A DNA stretch of 64,000 nt from a virus. Positions 37,755 through 47,839 of this stretch are shown here, in pieces. The DNA lies in the IMG/VR virus record IMGVR_UViG_3300047368_000327, positions 1 to 64,000 of that record; one strand, given 5' to 3'. A model generated the notes under the pieces. It did not search any database and was not told the origin of the DNA. It saw nothing but the letters and a program-made list of their open reading frames with translations. Within the stretch, counting starts at the first letter, position 1. Each line of letters starts with the position of its first letter. Both the position numbers and the translations under genes were made by a program.

Positions 37755-38836
37755 TATAATATAATATTTAGAATTTTTTCAACTGTATTATCATAACTAA
37801 AAGTTTCTTTTAATTCAACACCTTCTTGATTCTTTTCGTTATACTTATCTAGAGAGGTGTCGAGAGCTTTGTAAAAAGATTGATCAGAAAATGTATTTAG
37901 ATTTCCCTGATTAAAATCTTGCCCTTCCTGAAAAAACGCACCATCATATATAGGCTCCTTGCCATCGGGCTCAACTAGTACAGAGTTTTTCTCTGTAGCC
38001 CAGTCCTTGTGAGAGGTACAGTTTAATACGATACTCCATTTTCCTAAACACGTAGAATTAAATGCTGGTAAATTCCAGCCCTCGGCTCCGCTTAATCCGC
38101 TTAAATTTATATCTATAGAATTATAAAGTTCATTCATTTCAGAATTAGTCTTTAAGTACGGGAGGAAATTTATATTAGTGTATCGCTTTCCACCTAATGA
38201 CTGAGCTAATACTTGATTCATTTGCTCTGGCTTAAAGAATGGATTAGTTATACAGCAGGTTAGTTGATAGTCATTATTATTTCCGTATCTATCGGCCCAT
38301 AGTTTGATTATTTTAGCGGTATGTTTCCTTTTCTCGAATTTACCAACCAAGCCAAAGTTGACTTTATTGTTTAGATAAGTCTTGCCTGTTTCAAAGAAAT
38401 CTGTATCAAAACCTATCGGTATGTAATCAGTATTATTGCAGCCAAGATTATCGAAGCATTCTTTAGCGTGAGAGCTGCTGAATATGCATCTTTTTTGAAT
38501 ATTACATAGATTTTCTTCTGTCTTTGTCGGAGAATCGCATTCGTAAAAAGTATATAGGTATTGGTTTGCTCCAATTCCTGACTCCGAACCATTTAAGTGC
38601 CACATCTTAATAGATGGAGAATCTGGACTAAGCGAGGTTAACCTACTTTCTGCGCAACTCTTGATCCATGATTTGAAATCTTCATCTATCTTATCGTAGG
38701 CTGAAAAGTCTAAGGATTTACCCATAGGAAAGAATGAAACTTCGGTACCCCTCTTATAAAAAGCTCTAAGCATATTGATGGAAACATTGCCAAAGCTTAA
38801 GGAGTTTATTGGTCCACTAAAATTTATTTTACTCAT
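37754..38836 (-). CDS. GT4 glycosyltransferase
   Basis: VGKFEKRKH...YNSIDINLSGLSGAEGWNLPAF. Confidence 0.8.
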   Translation of the reverse strand: MSKINFSGPINSLSFGNVSINMLRAFYKRGTEVSFFPMGKSLDFSAYDKIDEDFKSWIKSCAESRLTSLSPDSPSIKMWHLNGSESGIGANQYLYTFYECDSPTKTEENLCNIQKRCIFSSSHAKECFDNLGCNNTDYIPIGFDTDFFETGKTYLNNKVNFGLVGKFEKRKHTAKIIKLWADRYGNNNDYQLTCCITNPFFKPEQMNQVLAQSLGGKRYTNINFLPYLKTNSEMNELYNSIDINLSGLSGAEGWNLPAFNSTCLGKWSIVLNCTSHKDWATEKNSVLVEPDGKEPIYDGAFFQEGQDFNQGNLNTFSDQSFYKALDTSLDKYNEKNQEGVELKETFSYDNTVEKILNIIL

Positions 38837-38855
38837 ATATTTTTATATTTTTTGA

Positions 38856-39248
38856 TTAAAACGGCATGTCCTCTTCTTCAACTATGGACTGTGCCGAAGG
38901 GCTAGGTTTTGGCGCTTCAGTTGCAACACTATGAGCGGCATCCTTCTTGCCGTTGGGCAGAAAGCGGACTAAATCGGCGTTGAGGTAAAATTTCTGCCTT
39001 GAGTTGCCACCCTTGTCTTCCCACTTGCTAACTCTTATTTTTCCCTCGACATAAACGCAAGAGCCTTTAGATATAAACTTCTGACAATTCTCTGCTGTCT
39101 TGTTCCAGCATTCAGTATCCATGAACAACACTTCGTCTTTTGAGCTATTAATAGCTAATGAAAACGAGCATTTAGTGTTACTGCTTTCAAATGATTTTGT
39201 TTCTGGATCTTTTGTTAAGTGTCCTATTCCTATAAATTTATTAATCAT
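38856..39248 (-). CDS. ssb: Single-stranded DNA-binding protein
   Basis: IGHLTKDPE...W.KTAE...KGSCVYVEGKI...W; acidic tail EEEDMPF. Confidence 0.93.
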   Translation of the reverse strand: MINKFIGIGHLTKDPETKSFESSNTKCSFSLAINSSKDEVLFMDTECWNKTAENCQKFISKGSCVYVEGKIRVSKWEDKGGNSRQKFYLNADLVRFLPNGKKDAAHSVATEAPKPSPSAQSIVEEEDMPF

Positions 39249-39841
39249 AATTCTCCTTTTAGTTCTTTTTTTATTTTAGATATTGTTTTGTCGTGAATGT
39301 TTATACAGCCCTGTATGCTTAATTTTAATGGTTTACATATTTTATTCCACGGCATAACCGTATTCTTATGCCCTTCTATGTACCTCATCTTGAAAATCTT
39401 AGAAACTCTATTGTCAGGATCTTTGTTTACCATATTCATTATTTTACTTAAAACCTCTAGGTCTATTTTCTTATCCTCTTGACTTGATAACTCTTTCTTG
39501 TTTAGATTTGCGCTCTCCATACAAACCTCCTTTGAATTCTTGTTTTTATTGTACAGGTTTAGGCATAACCATCTGGTCTCATTGCCTAGGTGTGTAGAAA
39601 ATTTAGTATTTCTGGTGTCATCATATTTTAGCGCAGCCTTGTATATATAATAGTCTCTATCCTTTAAGAGTTCAGACCTATTGGATACTATGCCTGATGT
39701 ATGGGTCGGGGAATAATTATTCACCATGGTGATGTAAATACCACTATGTCTGTGAACTAACTCCTCGAGACTTTGCTCTGGGTCAACCCCAACTTGAAGG
39801 TTGCTTACTAATTGAACATCTGATAATAGGTTTGCTTGCAT
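39245..39841 (-). CDS. Sigma70-family (region 2 + region 4) phage sigma factor
   Basis: KAALKYDDTRNTKFSTHLGNETRW resembles region 2.3-2.4. C-terminal HTH IFKMRY...WNKICKPLKLSIQGCINIH. The promoter position supports ATG 39841 rather than 39889. Confidence 0.7.
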   Translation of the reverse strand: MQANLLSDVQLVSNLQVGVDPEQSLEELVHRHSGIYITMVNNYSPTHTSGIVSNRSELLKDRDYYIYKAALKYDDTRNTKFSTHLGNETRWLCLNLYNKNKNSKEVCMESANLNKKELSSQEDKKIDLEVLSKIMNMVNKDPDNRVSKIFKMRYIEGHKNTVMPWNKICKPLKLSIQGCINIHDKTISKIKKELKGEL

Positions 39842-39859
39842 AGTTTTTGAAAAAAAATC

Positions 39860-39889
39860 ACTATAACATATAATCATAGTGAATGTCAA
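39860..39889 (-). promoter_or_regulatory. Sigma70 promoter of the leftward operon
   Basis: TTGACA-18 nt-TATAGT with TGn extension. Confidence 0.7.
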
Positions 39890-39913
39890 GTAAAATCGAA
39901 CAAAAAAAACATA

Positions 39914-39978
39914 AGGTCTTCGTAAGATATGAGGTCTCCGTAAGACAAGGTCTACGTAAGGAATTAGGTCTACGTAAG
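39914..39978. repeat. Four 13-bp direct repeats AGGTCTnCGTAAG
   Basis: Copies at 39914, 39932, 39948 and 39966 (periods 18, 16, 18) in the divergent intergenic region. Confidence 0.92.
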
Positions 39979-40048
39979 AATAATAAGGTTAACATGAGAG
40001 AAGCTTCAAAACCAAAGGTTTTTAAGCATTATAACATATAATGAAAAA

Positions 40049-40843
40049 ATGTCAAGTGAAAAAATTAAGTTAAGTATTTTTTGCTCGATATTCAAAGGGG
40101 CAAAATTTATCCATCATTACCTAGAGGATATAACTAGGCAGACAATATTCAATCAATGCGAATTAATTTTGATTGATGCGAATTCACCTGACGGTGAGGG
40201 TTTAGTAATAAGCAAATATTTAGAAAAGTACGAAAACATAAAGTACATTAGATTGGACAAGGATCCTGGCTTATATGCATGCTGGAATATAGCGATAAAG
40301 GAATCCTCAGGACAGCTATTGAATAACGCTAACCTTGATGATTCAAAAAGAATTGACGCCCTTGAGATTCAATCTAATTATCTTAATGATAACCCCGACG
40401 TGGATTTAGTTTATGCAGACAGCCTAATATCTAATTTGATAAATTGCGATTATGATAAAGCATTAGTTAGCAGTAGGTATAGATATAATTTCCCCGACTT
40501 CTCCATAGCTAACTTAATAGATTGTAACCCACCACACCAATCCCCCGTCTACAGAAAGAAGCTTCATGACAAGTTTGGTTACTTTGATGACAACTATAGA
40601 TCTGCTGCGGATAGCGAATTTTGGCTAAGGTGCGCTTCGGGCGGATCCAATATGAGGAAGATAGAAGACGTACTAGGAGTTTATTATAATAACCCAATGG
40701 GTGTATCAACTAACCCCGGTAACGATGATTGGAAAATCAGGGAAGAAGTAGAAATCAGGGATAAGTATAAAGAATACGGAACTTTACACAGGGGTAACAC
40801 TAGAAGGATAATTCACAATATGTCAAACCTCTTATCTTCGTGA
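40049..40843 (+). CDS. GT2 glycosyltransferase
   Basis: ELILIDANSPD, GLYACWNIAI, NANLDD, SAADSEFWLR. Confidence 0.88.
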   Translation: MSSEKIKLSIFCSIFKGAKFIHHYLEDITRQTIFNQCELILIDANSPDGEGLVISKYLEKYENIKYIRLDKDPGLYACWNIAIKESSGQLLNNANLDDSKRIDALEIQSNYLNDNPDVDLVYADSLISNLINCDYDKALVSSRYRYNFPDFSIANLIDCNPPHQSPVYRKKLHDKFGYFDDNYRSAADSEFWLRCASGGSNMRKIEDVLGVYYNNPMGVSTNPGNDDWKIREEVEIRDKYKEYGTLHRGNTRRIIHNMSNLLSS

Positions 40844-41550
40844 GCCGATTAGGCATTGTGCAACCAGGAAGGCTCGGTGATATAATTATATGTTTACCGA
40901 TTGCCAAATATTACAATAATTTAGGTTTTGAGGTTTTCTGGCCAGTTCTAGATGAATACCTACCATTATTCAATAATATAGATTACGTTACAGCTTTACC
41001 AATGAAAACAGATATAACAAGCTGCGTCCACCACGCCTATTCAATAACTAAAGGTTTTGAAAAAATAATCGACTTAAGTTTTGGCTTTCATTATAGCAAG
41101 ATTCATCACAAATACCACGGAAACGATTCGTTTGCAACCAACTTTGTTGAAGCAAAATATAAATTAGCTAACGTACCAATTACTGAAAGATGGAATCTCC
41201 AATATCATAGAAACAAGGAAAGGGAAAACAAACTTTTTAATAAACTGCATCAAGGCTTCAAGTATACCTTGGTTCACGGAGAATCCTCACAAGGCAAGCA
41301 CGTAAATTTTTCAGGCGATAGTATAATAAAAGTTAGACCTATTACTGGATTTAACATATTCGACTGGAGGAAGCTTGCCTTAAATGCAACCAAGATCTAC
41401 TGCGTAGACAGCTCCTTCTGTAATTTCATTGAGTCTGATAAATCTTTTAAAGATAAAGAAAAAATTTACATACCAGCCAAACTAATGGAAAGTAAATGGG
41501 GGTGGACAACTCTTGAAAACAATTGGATTATAGATGAGCCAAACAAATAA
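40840..41550 (+). CDS. GT9-like glycosyltransferase
   Basis: QPGRLGDIIICLP...IYCVDSSF. Confidence 0.55.
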   Translation: MSRLGIVQPGRLGDIIICLPIAKYYNNLGFEVFWPVLDEYLPLFNNIDYVTALPMKTDITSCVHHAYSITKGFEKIIDLSFGFHYSKIHHKYHGNDSFATNFVEAKYKLANVPITERWNLQYHRNKERENKLFNKLHQGFKYTLVHGESSQGKHVNFSGDSIIKVRPITGFNIFDWRKLALNATKIYCVDSSFCNFIESDKSFKDKEKIYIPAKLMESKWGWTTLENNWIIDEPNK

Positions 41551-42370
41551 AGGTTTAAAAATTTTACCAATTGAAAACGCTACCCAAGGCTGGTTAACTA
41601 AAGAAAGCTGCACTATAGTTGAATGCCCGCATGATGCAGATTTCATAATTTTCGAAAAAACCGGAGACCCCGAGCTCGAAATCAGGAGGTTAAAACAAAA
41701 ATTCAACAAACACTTACATAAACTAGTTTTCATATTAAGTGGTGATATAGATTTCTCTGACAATACATCCATTTGGTTCTGCTCTAGCTTAAAACCGAAT
41801 CATAAAAACAAATTTCAAATATATACATTAAATCCTAGGGTTTATAGACTAGACCCCGAATTAAAACCTAAAAAAATAAAAGGATTCTTTTCGGGCACGA
41901 TCTGGAATACCCCAGAGAGACAATGCTTAAAGAATCTACCAAATAACTGGGTTATCGAAGATCGAGACTGGTGGGGCGCAGACGAAAATTCTCAATTAAA
42001 ACTATCCAAGCATACATATGACATGATGAGAAGTTCTTACTACACGTTATGTCCTAAAGGTAAAGGCTCATCGTCCATGAGAGTATCCGAAGCATTAGCT
42101 TGCGGCTCGATACCTATATTAATTAACGACAACTCTAATCCATTTTGTGAAAATTATGGAGGCATACCTATCAGGATAACTAAAGATGAAATATCTAATG
42201 TGAATAATATCATTGACGGCCTAGGAAACCCAAGCGAAAAAGAGCTGTTAAACTCGTTAATGTTTTATAAATCCAATATCTGTAAGAATAATATTACTAC
42301 ATGGACAATATGCAGTGGTTTTTCTCATAAAATAATATCAACCCTTAAATTAATTAAAAGAACAATATGA
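41534..42370 (+). CDS. Exostosin-family (GT47) glycosyltransferase
   Basis: SYYTLCPKGKGSSSMRVSEALACGSIPILI is the exostosin C-terminal signature. Confidence 0.75.
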   Translation: MSQTNKGLKILPIENATQGWLTKESCTIVECPHDADFIIFEKTGDPELEIRRLKQKFNKHLHKLVFILSGDIDFSDNTSIWFCSSLKPNHKNKFQIYTLNPRVYRLDPELKPKKIKGFFSGTIWNTPERQCLKNLPNNWVIEDRDWWGADENSQLKLSKHTYDMMRSSYYTLCPKGKGSSSMRVSEALACGSIPILINDNSNPFCENYGGIPIRITKDEISNVNNIIDGLGNPSEKELLNSLMFYKSNICKNNITTWTICSGFSHKIISTLKLIKRTI

Positions 42371-42942
42371 ACATAGTTCAAATCGGCGTAAACAAATCAT
42401 TGGATGCTTGCCATAAATTCATACAATCAAACAAGGATTACATAGAAAATATATACCTAGTAGAGCCACTGCCTAGCTGCATACCAGATATTAAGTCTGC
42501 ATTCAAAAATTTTGATAATGTAAAAATATTCAACTTAGCCATATGCGACAATAACAGCGAAACTTCTTTAAAATTTTATTTCCCTGCAAATGACCCCAAA
42601 AGTGGCCACGCATCCTTTAAATACGACCACCTCTTAGCTCACGGGCACAGACAAATAGATTCAATAGATATCGAATGCATAACTCTTGACGATTTTTTTA
42701 AAAACAATTCAATTGTTGATTGCGAAAGATTATATATTGATACCGAAGGCCTTGATTGTTCAATATTATTGAATTTTAATTACCCTAAATATAATATCAA
42801 ATATATTGAATTCGAAAAGATACACTCAGATGGTGCTTTCACTCAGGGCCTTAATTACAAAAAATGCATCGATAAATTTAAAATGAACAATTATGAAATT
42901 AAACCGGTTGGCAAATGGAACTGCGCAGCAATTAATAAATGA
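42367..42942 (+). CDS. FkbM-family methyltransferase
   Basis: VQIGVN, LVEP, ITLDDFF, IDTEGLD. Confidence 0.85.
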   Translation: MNIVQIGVNKSLDACHKFIQSNKDYIENIYLVEPLPSCIPDIKSAFKNFDNVKIFNLAICDNNSETSLKFYFPANDPKSGHASFKYDHLLAHGHRQIDSIDIECITLDDFFKNNSIVDCERLYIDTEGLDCSILLNFNYPKYNIKYIEFEKIHSDGAFTQGLNYKKCIDKFKMNNYEIKPVGKWNCAAINK

Positions 42943-43916
42943 AATGGCTATTAATATCAACTATAGGTAAAAACCCAGGAGATGAATTCATAAGGGTTGG
43001 CGTCAAGAACTTAATAAAAGAAGTAGACGAAAACTGCAGCATAAAAGTACTAGATAAAGAAGCGCAAAGCATGCCTCACCCAGTTGAATTCGACAAATGC
43101 ATCTGGGCGGGAATGCCTGTATTTTGGAGTTTATTTCAAAACAACAATTGGAACATTAATTGGTGGAGGTATATGGTTGGCGGCTGGCCCTCTAAAGTTA
43201 AAAACAATTTTTGCGTACTGGGAGCCGGAAGCTTTCAGGACTGGTCAGATATAGACAGGGGCCTAGATCGAGCAAGCATGTCTCGCAGCGCCCAAGATCT
43301 TTCCAATAACTCATTCTTGGTTACAGCTAGAGATCCAATCGTAAATAACATATGTAACTCTAATTTCCCAACCCTCACCTGCCCAGCTATATTCTCTACG
43401 GCTAACAAAGAAAAGACTAAGTCAATCAAAGCCTGCAACCTAATGCCAAATGGGGCCCATTACGATGTATTCAATCCCAGCGAAGGTAATGTTTGGCGCT
43501 CCATCCAAGAAGATTTGTCCTTAATATTAATAGATAATGGTTTTAAATTTTTCGCCCACTCAGATGCGGAACTTAACCACGCGATTGCATTAGGTTGGCA
43601 AACCAAGGATATCATATCTTACAATGGAGACCCAGATCAAATGCTTGAACATTACAGGAATGTAGATATGTTCTTCGGCAATAGAGTTCATGGTTGCATA
43701 GTCTCTAGAGCCAATGGAGCCGATGTTATTTCCTGTGGCTACGACTCTAGACAGGAGGCTGTTAAGATTTCCGGAGCAAAAGCCTTCCTACCTTCAAACA
43801 TTGATCTGAATTTAATTTCAAAATGGGCCAGCTCGGAACCTAAAATAAATAAATTCGACATAAAGACACTGTCAAATAAATACATTGAAATATTAGAAAA
43901 TTTTAAAAACAAATAA
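42939..43916 (+). CDS. Polysaccharide pyruvyl transferase-like protein
   Basis: NPGDEFI, TARD, CPA, GNRVHGCI. Confidence 0.7.
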   Translation: MKWLLISTIGKNPGDEFIRVGVKNLIKEVDENCSIKVLDKEAQSMPHPVEFDKCIWAGMPVFWSLFQNNNWNINWWRYMVGGWPSKVKNNFCVLGAGSFQDWSDIDRGLDRASMSRSAQDLSNNSFLVTARDPIVNNICNSNFPTLTCPAIFSTANKEKTKSIKACNLMPNGAHYDVFNPSEGNVWRSIQEDLSLILIDNGFKFFAHSDAELNHAIALGWQTKDIISYNGDPDQMLEHYRNVDMFFGNRVHGCIVSRANGADVISCGYDSRQEAVKISGAKAFLPSNIDLNLISKWASSEPKINKFDIKTLSNKYIEILENFKNK

Positions 43917-43956
43917 AAACGTTTAAAAAATAACCTTAACTCATTATCATCTAATA

Positions 43957-45009
43957 ATGAAAAAAATAATCATAACAGGAGTAACAGGTCAAGACGGAAG
44001 CCATATGGCCGACTATTTAATAGATTTATTGACCGAAGAATTATGTGAATCTGGATTCAAGATATACGGCGCGGTAAGACGTCTTAGTGTAAAGAATCAC
44101 GAGAACATTATTCACCTTGAAGACCATCCTAATTTTAAATTAATCAACATGGATCTCAATGATGCCCACAGTATGCGGGATGTGATCATTGACATACAGC
44201 CTGACTATTTCATAAACTTCGCAGCTCAATCCTTTGTCGCTGGAAGTTGGGATTACCCCATTCAGACTTGGGATACTGACGCTGATGCCGTACTTCATAT
44301 ACTTGAGTCGATCCGTAGATTTTCCCCCAAATGCAGGTTTTATAACGCTGGATCTTCTGAAGAATTTGGTGATGTTGTTTGTGTGCCTCAAGATGAAAAT
44401 CACCCACTTAGACCACAGTCTCCATATGGTGCCGCAAAATGTGCAGCCCGACATATCGTCAGAGTATACAGGGAGTCTTACAATTTGTATGCAGTTCAAG
44501 GTTGGTTATTCAATCACGAGGGAACTCGCAGGGGCTTAGATTTTGTTACTAGAAAAATAACTAATAGTGTTGCTAAAATTAAACTTGCATTAGAAAACGG
44601 AAAAGAGATACCAATATTAAAACTTGGCAACCTCGAAGCAAAGCGGGACTGGAGCGACGCAGAAGACTTCATGTCTGGTGTATGGATTATGTTGAATCAA
44701 GATAAGCCAAAGAACTACGTTTTAGGTAGTGGAGAAATGCATAGCGTGAGAGAGTTCCTAGAGACAACCCTGAAATTTGCCGGTATTGAATTCTACTCAG
44801 AAGGAAAAAATGATAACGAAAAGTTTTATACGAAAAAAGGTAAATTATTCTTCGAGGTTAGTCCTAAATTTTATAGACCGGCCGAAGTCCATAAGCTTTG
44901 TGGCGACTGCAGTTTAGCGGAAAAAGAAATGGGCTGGGTTCGTAAAACAGATTTTCCTGGTTTAGTTAAAAAGATGTACGAAAACGATTACCGACTATTG
45001 TCTAAGTGA
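43957..45009 (+). CDS. gmd: GDP-mannose 4,6-dehydratase
   Basis: ITGVTGQDGS, AAQSFV, SSEEFG, PQSPYGAAK, LFNHE, GNLEAKRDW. Confidence 0.97.
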   Translation: MKKIIITGVTGQDGSHMADYLIDLLTEELCESGFKIYGAVRRLSVKNHENIIHLEDHPNFKLINMDLNDAHSMRDVIIDIQPDYFINFAAQSFVAGSWDYPIQTWDTDADAVLHILESIRRFSPKCRFYNAGSSEEFGDVVCVPQDENHPLRPQSPYGAAKCAARHIVRVYRESYNLYAVQGWLFNHEGTRRGLDFVTRKITNSVAKIKLALENGKEIPILKLGNLEAKRDWSDAEDFMSGVWIMLNQDKPKNYVLGSGEMHSVREFLETTLKFAGIEFYSEGKNDNEKFYTKKGKLFFEVSPKFYRPAEVHKLCGDCSLAEKEMGWVRKTDFPGLVKKMYENDYRLLSK

Positions 45010-45962
45010 AACATAGTAAAGTTTTTATTGCTGGGCACCGAGGGATGGTTGGCTCAGCAATCCTGAACAAATTAAAGTCAAAAGGCTACACAGACATAGT
45101 CACAAAAACCAGAAGTGAGCTGAATTTACTTAGCCAAGAATCTGTAAACGAGTTCTTCAAAAGCAATGGTATAGATTACGTAGTACTTTGCGCCGCAAAA
45201 GTAGGAGGTATACTAGCAAACAATACATACAGGGGAGACTTTATATACGAAAACCTACAGATAGCTTCAAATATCATAAAGTCCTCCCATGATTTCAATG
45301 TAAAAAAACTAATCAATCTTGGCTCATCATGCATCTACCCAAGAGACGCCAAGATACCAATTAAGGAGGAATATCTGCTTACTGGCCCGCTTGAATACAC
45401 AAACGAGCCTTATGCTATATCTAAAATTGCAGCCCTCAAAATGTGCGAAAGTTTTTACAAACAGTATGGTGATAATTTTTATTCAATCATGCCCTGCAAC
45501 TTATATGGCCCAAGAGACAACTTCGATCTAGAAAGCTCACATGTATTGCCAGCGTTAATAAACAAAATTCATTGCGCCAAATTAAAAGGCAACCTCAGTA
45601 TAGATGTCTGGGGCAGCGGCAAACCCCTTAGGGAGTTCTTATATGTTGACGATCTAGCTAAGGCCGCACTACTATGCCTAGAGGGTGTCGAGGCATCCAG
45701 CATATATGAATCCGGTATATCTCACTTAAATTGCGGATCAAATGACGAAGTTTCAATTATAGAATTAACCAACATTATTAAAAGTATTATAGAGTACCAC
45801 GGGGACATAATCTTCGACTCCTCCAAGCCAGACGGAACATTCAGAAAGAAAATGGATAATAGTAGGATCCAAAAACTAGGGTTCAAACAAGAAAACAATC
45901 TAAAACAAGGTATAGAAAAAACATACAATTGGTACATGAAAAACTTAAGAATTGATTGCTAA
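45006..45962 (+). CDS. fcl: GDP-L-fucose synthase
   Basis: AGHRGMVGSA, AAKVGGI.AN, LGSSCIYP, YAISK, SHVLPAL, WGSGKPLREFLYVDD. Confidence 0.96.
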   Translation: MKHSKVFIAGHRGMVGSAILNKLKSKGYTDIVTKTRSELNLLSQESVNEFFKSNGIDYVVLCAAKVGGILANNTYRGDFIYENLQIASNIIKSSHDFNVKKLINLGSSCIYPRDAKIPIKEEYLLTGPLEYTNEPYAISKIAALKMCESFYKQYGDNFYSIMPCNLYGPRDNFDLESSHVLPALINKIHCAKLKGNLSIDVWGSGKPLREFLYVDDLAKAALLCLEGVEASSIYESGISHLNCGSNDEVSIIELTNIIKSIIEYHGDIIFDSSKPDGTFRKKMDNSRIQKLGFKQENNLKQGIEKTYNWYMKNLRIDC

Positions 45963-45966
45963 ACAG

Positions 45967-45980
45967 GTGTATACATAAGT
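45967..45980 (+). promoter_or_regulatory. GTGTA element 9 nt upstream of ATG
   Basis: GTGTA-TACATAAGT-ATG. Confidence 0.55.
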
Positions 45981-46892
45981 ATGTCAAATAAAAAATGTTT
46001 AGTTACTGGAGGGGCTGGTTTTATAGGAAGCCACCTAGTTGAAAGATTACTTAAAGCCGGACATAAAGTCGTTGTGGTAGACGACGAGTCCTCAACAGCG
46101 AATTCAAATTTTACATGGAGGAGCGATTGCGAAAACCATAAAGTTGATATTTGTGATTTTGACAAACTAGAACCACTATTCAAGGGGGTTGACTTAGTTT
46201 TTCATCTGGCTGCTAGATCAAGAATACAAATTTGTGTACAGGACCCATCTGACGCAGTAAAAAATAACTCTCTTGGAACTGTTAATGTACTTCAAGCTGC
46301 CAGACTCAACAATTGCAAACGAGTCATGTTTGCTGGAACCTCTTCTTGCTACGGCTTATCAAATCCAATACCACTAAAAGAGGACATGCCAAATGACTGC
46401 CTAAATCCCTATTCTGTAAGCAAAGCTAATTGCGAAGAGCTCTGCAAGATGTACACTAAGTTATTTGGATTAGAAACTGTATTGTTTAGATTTTTTAATG
46501 TTTATGGTGACCGCCAACCCTTGGCTGGTGACTACGCCCCCGTGGTTGGATTATTTTTTAGGCAAAAATCATCAGGAGAGCCAATGACTGTAGTCGGTGA
46601 CGGCTTACAAACAAGGGATTACACACATGTAAAAGATATAGTTGAAGCGATGTTTCTGGCCGGAGAATCAAATAACAAACAGATAGTTGGCGAGCTTTTT
46701 AATTTAGGCACAGGAAGAAATCACTCAGTACTAGATTTAGTTAAACTTACTGATGGTGAACATATACACATAGACGCCAGGCCAGGCGAATCTCGCGAAA
46801 CATTAGCCGACAACACTAAAGCTAAAAACATGCTAAACTGGAACCCCTCTAGAAAGCTAGAGGAATGGATTGATAAAAATCGCCCAAAATGA
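45981..46892 (+). CDS. NAD-dependent NDP-sugar epimerase/dehydratase (UDP-glucose/GlcNAc 4-epimerase-like)
   Basis: TGGAGFIGSH, YSVSK, RFFNVYG, GDGLQTRDYTHV. Confidence 0.9.
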   Translation: MSNKKCLVTGGAGFIGSHLVERLLKAGHKVVVVDDESSTANSNFTWRSDCENHKVDICDFDKLEPLFKGVDLVFHLAARSRIQICVQDPSDAVKNNSLGTVNVLQAARLNNCKRVMFAGTSSCYGLSNPIPLKEDMPNDCLNPYSVSKANCEELCKMYTKLFGLETVLFRFFNVYGDRQPLAGDYAPVVGLFFRQKSSGEPMTVVGDGLQTRDYTHVKDIVEAMFLAGESNNKQIVGELFNLGTGRNHSVLDLVKLTDGEHIHIDARPGESRETLADNTKAKNMLNWNPSRKLEEWIDKNRPK

Positions 46893-47728
46893 AGATAGGA
46901 GTAATAGGCAACGGGTTTGTGGGTTCGGCCGTCGCAAACGGCTTCAGTAAATACAATGTAAAAGTTTTTGATAAAAACCCAGATTTATCAACTCACACAT
47001 TAAAAGATGTAGTCTCACAGGATTTCGTTTTTATCTGTGTGCCAACTCCGATGAAAAATACAATGGGCGATGATTGTAATTTATCAATAATAGAGTCATG
47101 CTTCAGGGATATAGAGGAAATTGGCTCAAACGCTATCTTAATAGTTAAATCTACTGTCCCCATTGGCACAACATCAAGACTGCAATCGGAATACGGTAGT
47201 TTAAATATTGTTCATTCCCCCGAGTTCTTGACTGCCAAATTCGCAAAAGAAGACTTCTTGAACGCAGATAGACATATCATAGGTTATACAGATAAAGAAT
47301 CCAGCGGTATAGAAGCTTTAAATTTATTTCAAAAAGCTTTCCCTAATATTCCGTGCTTGATAATGAAAAGTATAGAGTCAGAGTCCGTAAAATATATAGC
47401 TAATTGTTTTTTTGCAACTAAGGTTAGTTTTTTTAATGAAATACATCTGCTCACAGAAAAGCTTGGCCTCAACTGGAACTCAATTATTAAAGGTGTAACA
47501 GGGGACAGGAGAATAGGTTGTTCACACTATCAAGTACCAGGCCACGATGGAGACAAAGGTTTTGGGGGTACATGCTTCCCTAAGGATATAAATGCATTAA
47601 TCGCCACTTTTGAAAAAAACGGGATCGACCCAAAAGTATTAAAGTCGGCTTGGTCTAGAAATCTAGACGTAAGAAGCGACTTAGACTGGGCGAGGTCCAG
47701 TTCAGCAGTAGACAACAACGATTGTTAA
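46889..47728 (+). CDS. UDP-glucose/GDP-mannose 6-dehydrogenase family (short form lacking C-terminal domain)
   Basis: IGNGFVG, CVPTP, KSTVPIGT, PEFL, GFGGTCFPKD; 279 aa. Confidence 0.88.
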   Translation: MKIGVIGNGFVGSAVANGFSKYNVKVFDKNPDLSTHTLKDVVSQDFVFICVPTPMKNTMGDDCNLSIIESCFRDIEEIGSNAILIVKSTVPIGTTSRLQSEYGSLNIVHSPEFLTAKFAKEDFLNADRHIIGYTDKESSGIEALNLFQKAFPNIPCLIMKSIESESVKYIANCFFATKVSFFNEIHLLTEKLGLNWNSIIKGVTGDRRIGCSHYQVPGHDGDKGFGGTCFPKDINALIATFEKNGIDPKVLKSAWSRNLDVRSDLDWARSSSAVDNNDC

Positions 47729-47747
47729 TAAGTCTATATCTTTTTGC

Positions 47748-47839
47748 TTGATATACACAAAATTTTGTGTTAAACTAAGCATTTAGTAAAAAATACAAGA
47801 TTTAATAAATCTAACCCCTATACAGTGTAAAATATTTTC
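47748..47839 (+). promoter_or_regulatory. Tandem promoters for nrdA: sigma70-type and GTGTA element
   Basis: TTGATA-17-TAAACT (47748-47776) and GTGTA (47825) 10 nt before ATG. Confidence 0.55.

Noticed and set aside
39842-39889. N-terminal extension of the sigma-like ORF given in the ORF track
   Set aside because: The proposed TTG start is the -35 box of a good promoter; ATG 39841 fits better.
39914-39978. CRISPR mini-array
   Set aside because: Repeats are 13 bp with 3-5 nt gaps. There are no spacer-sized unique sequences and no cas genes.
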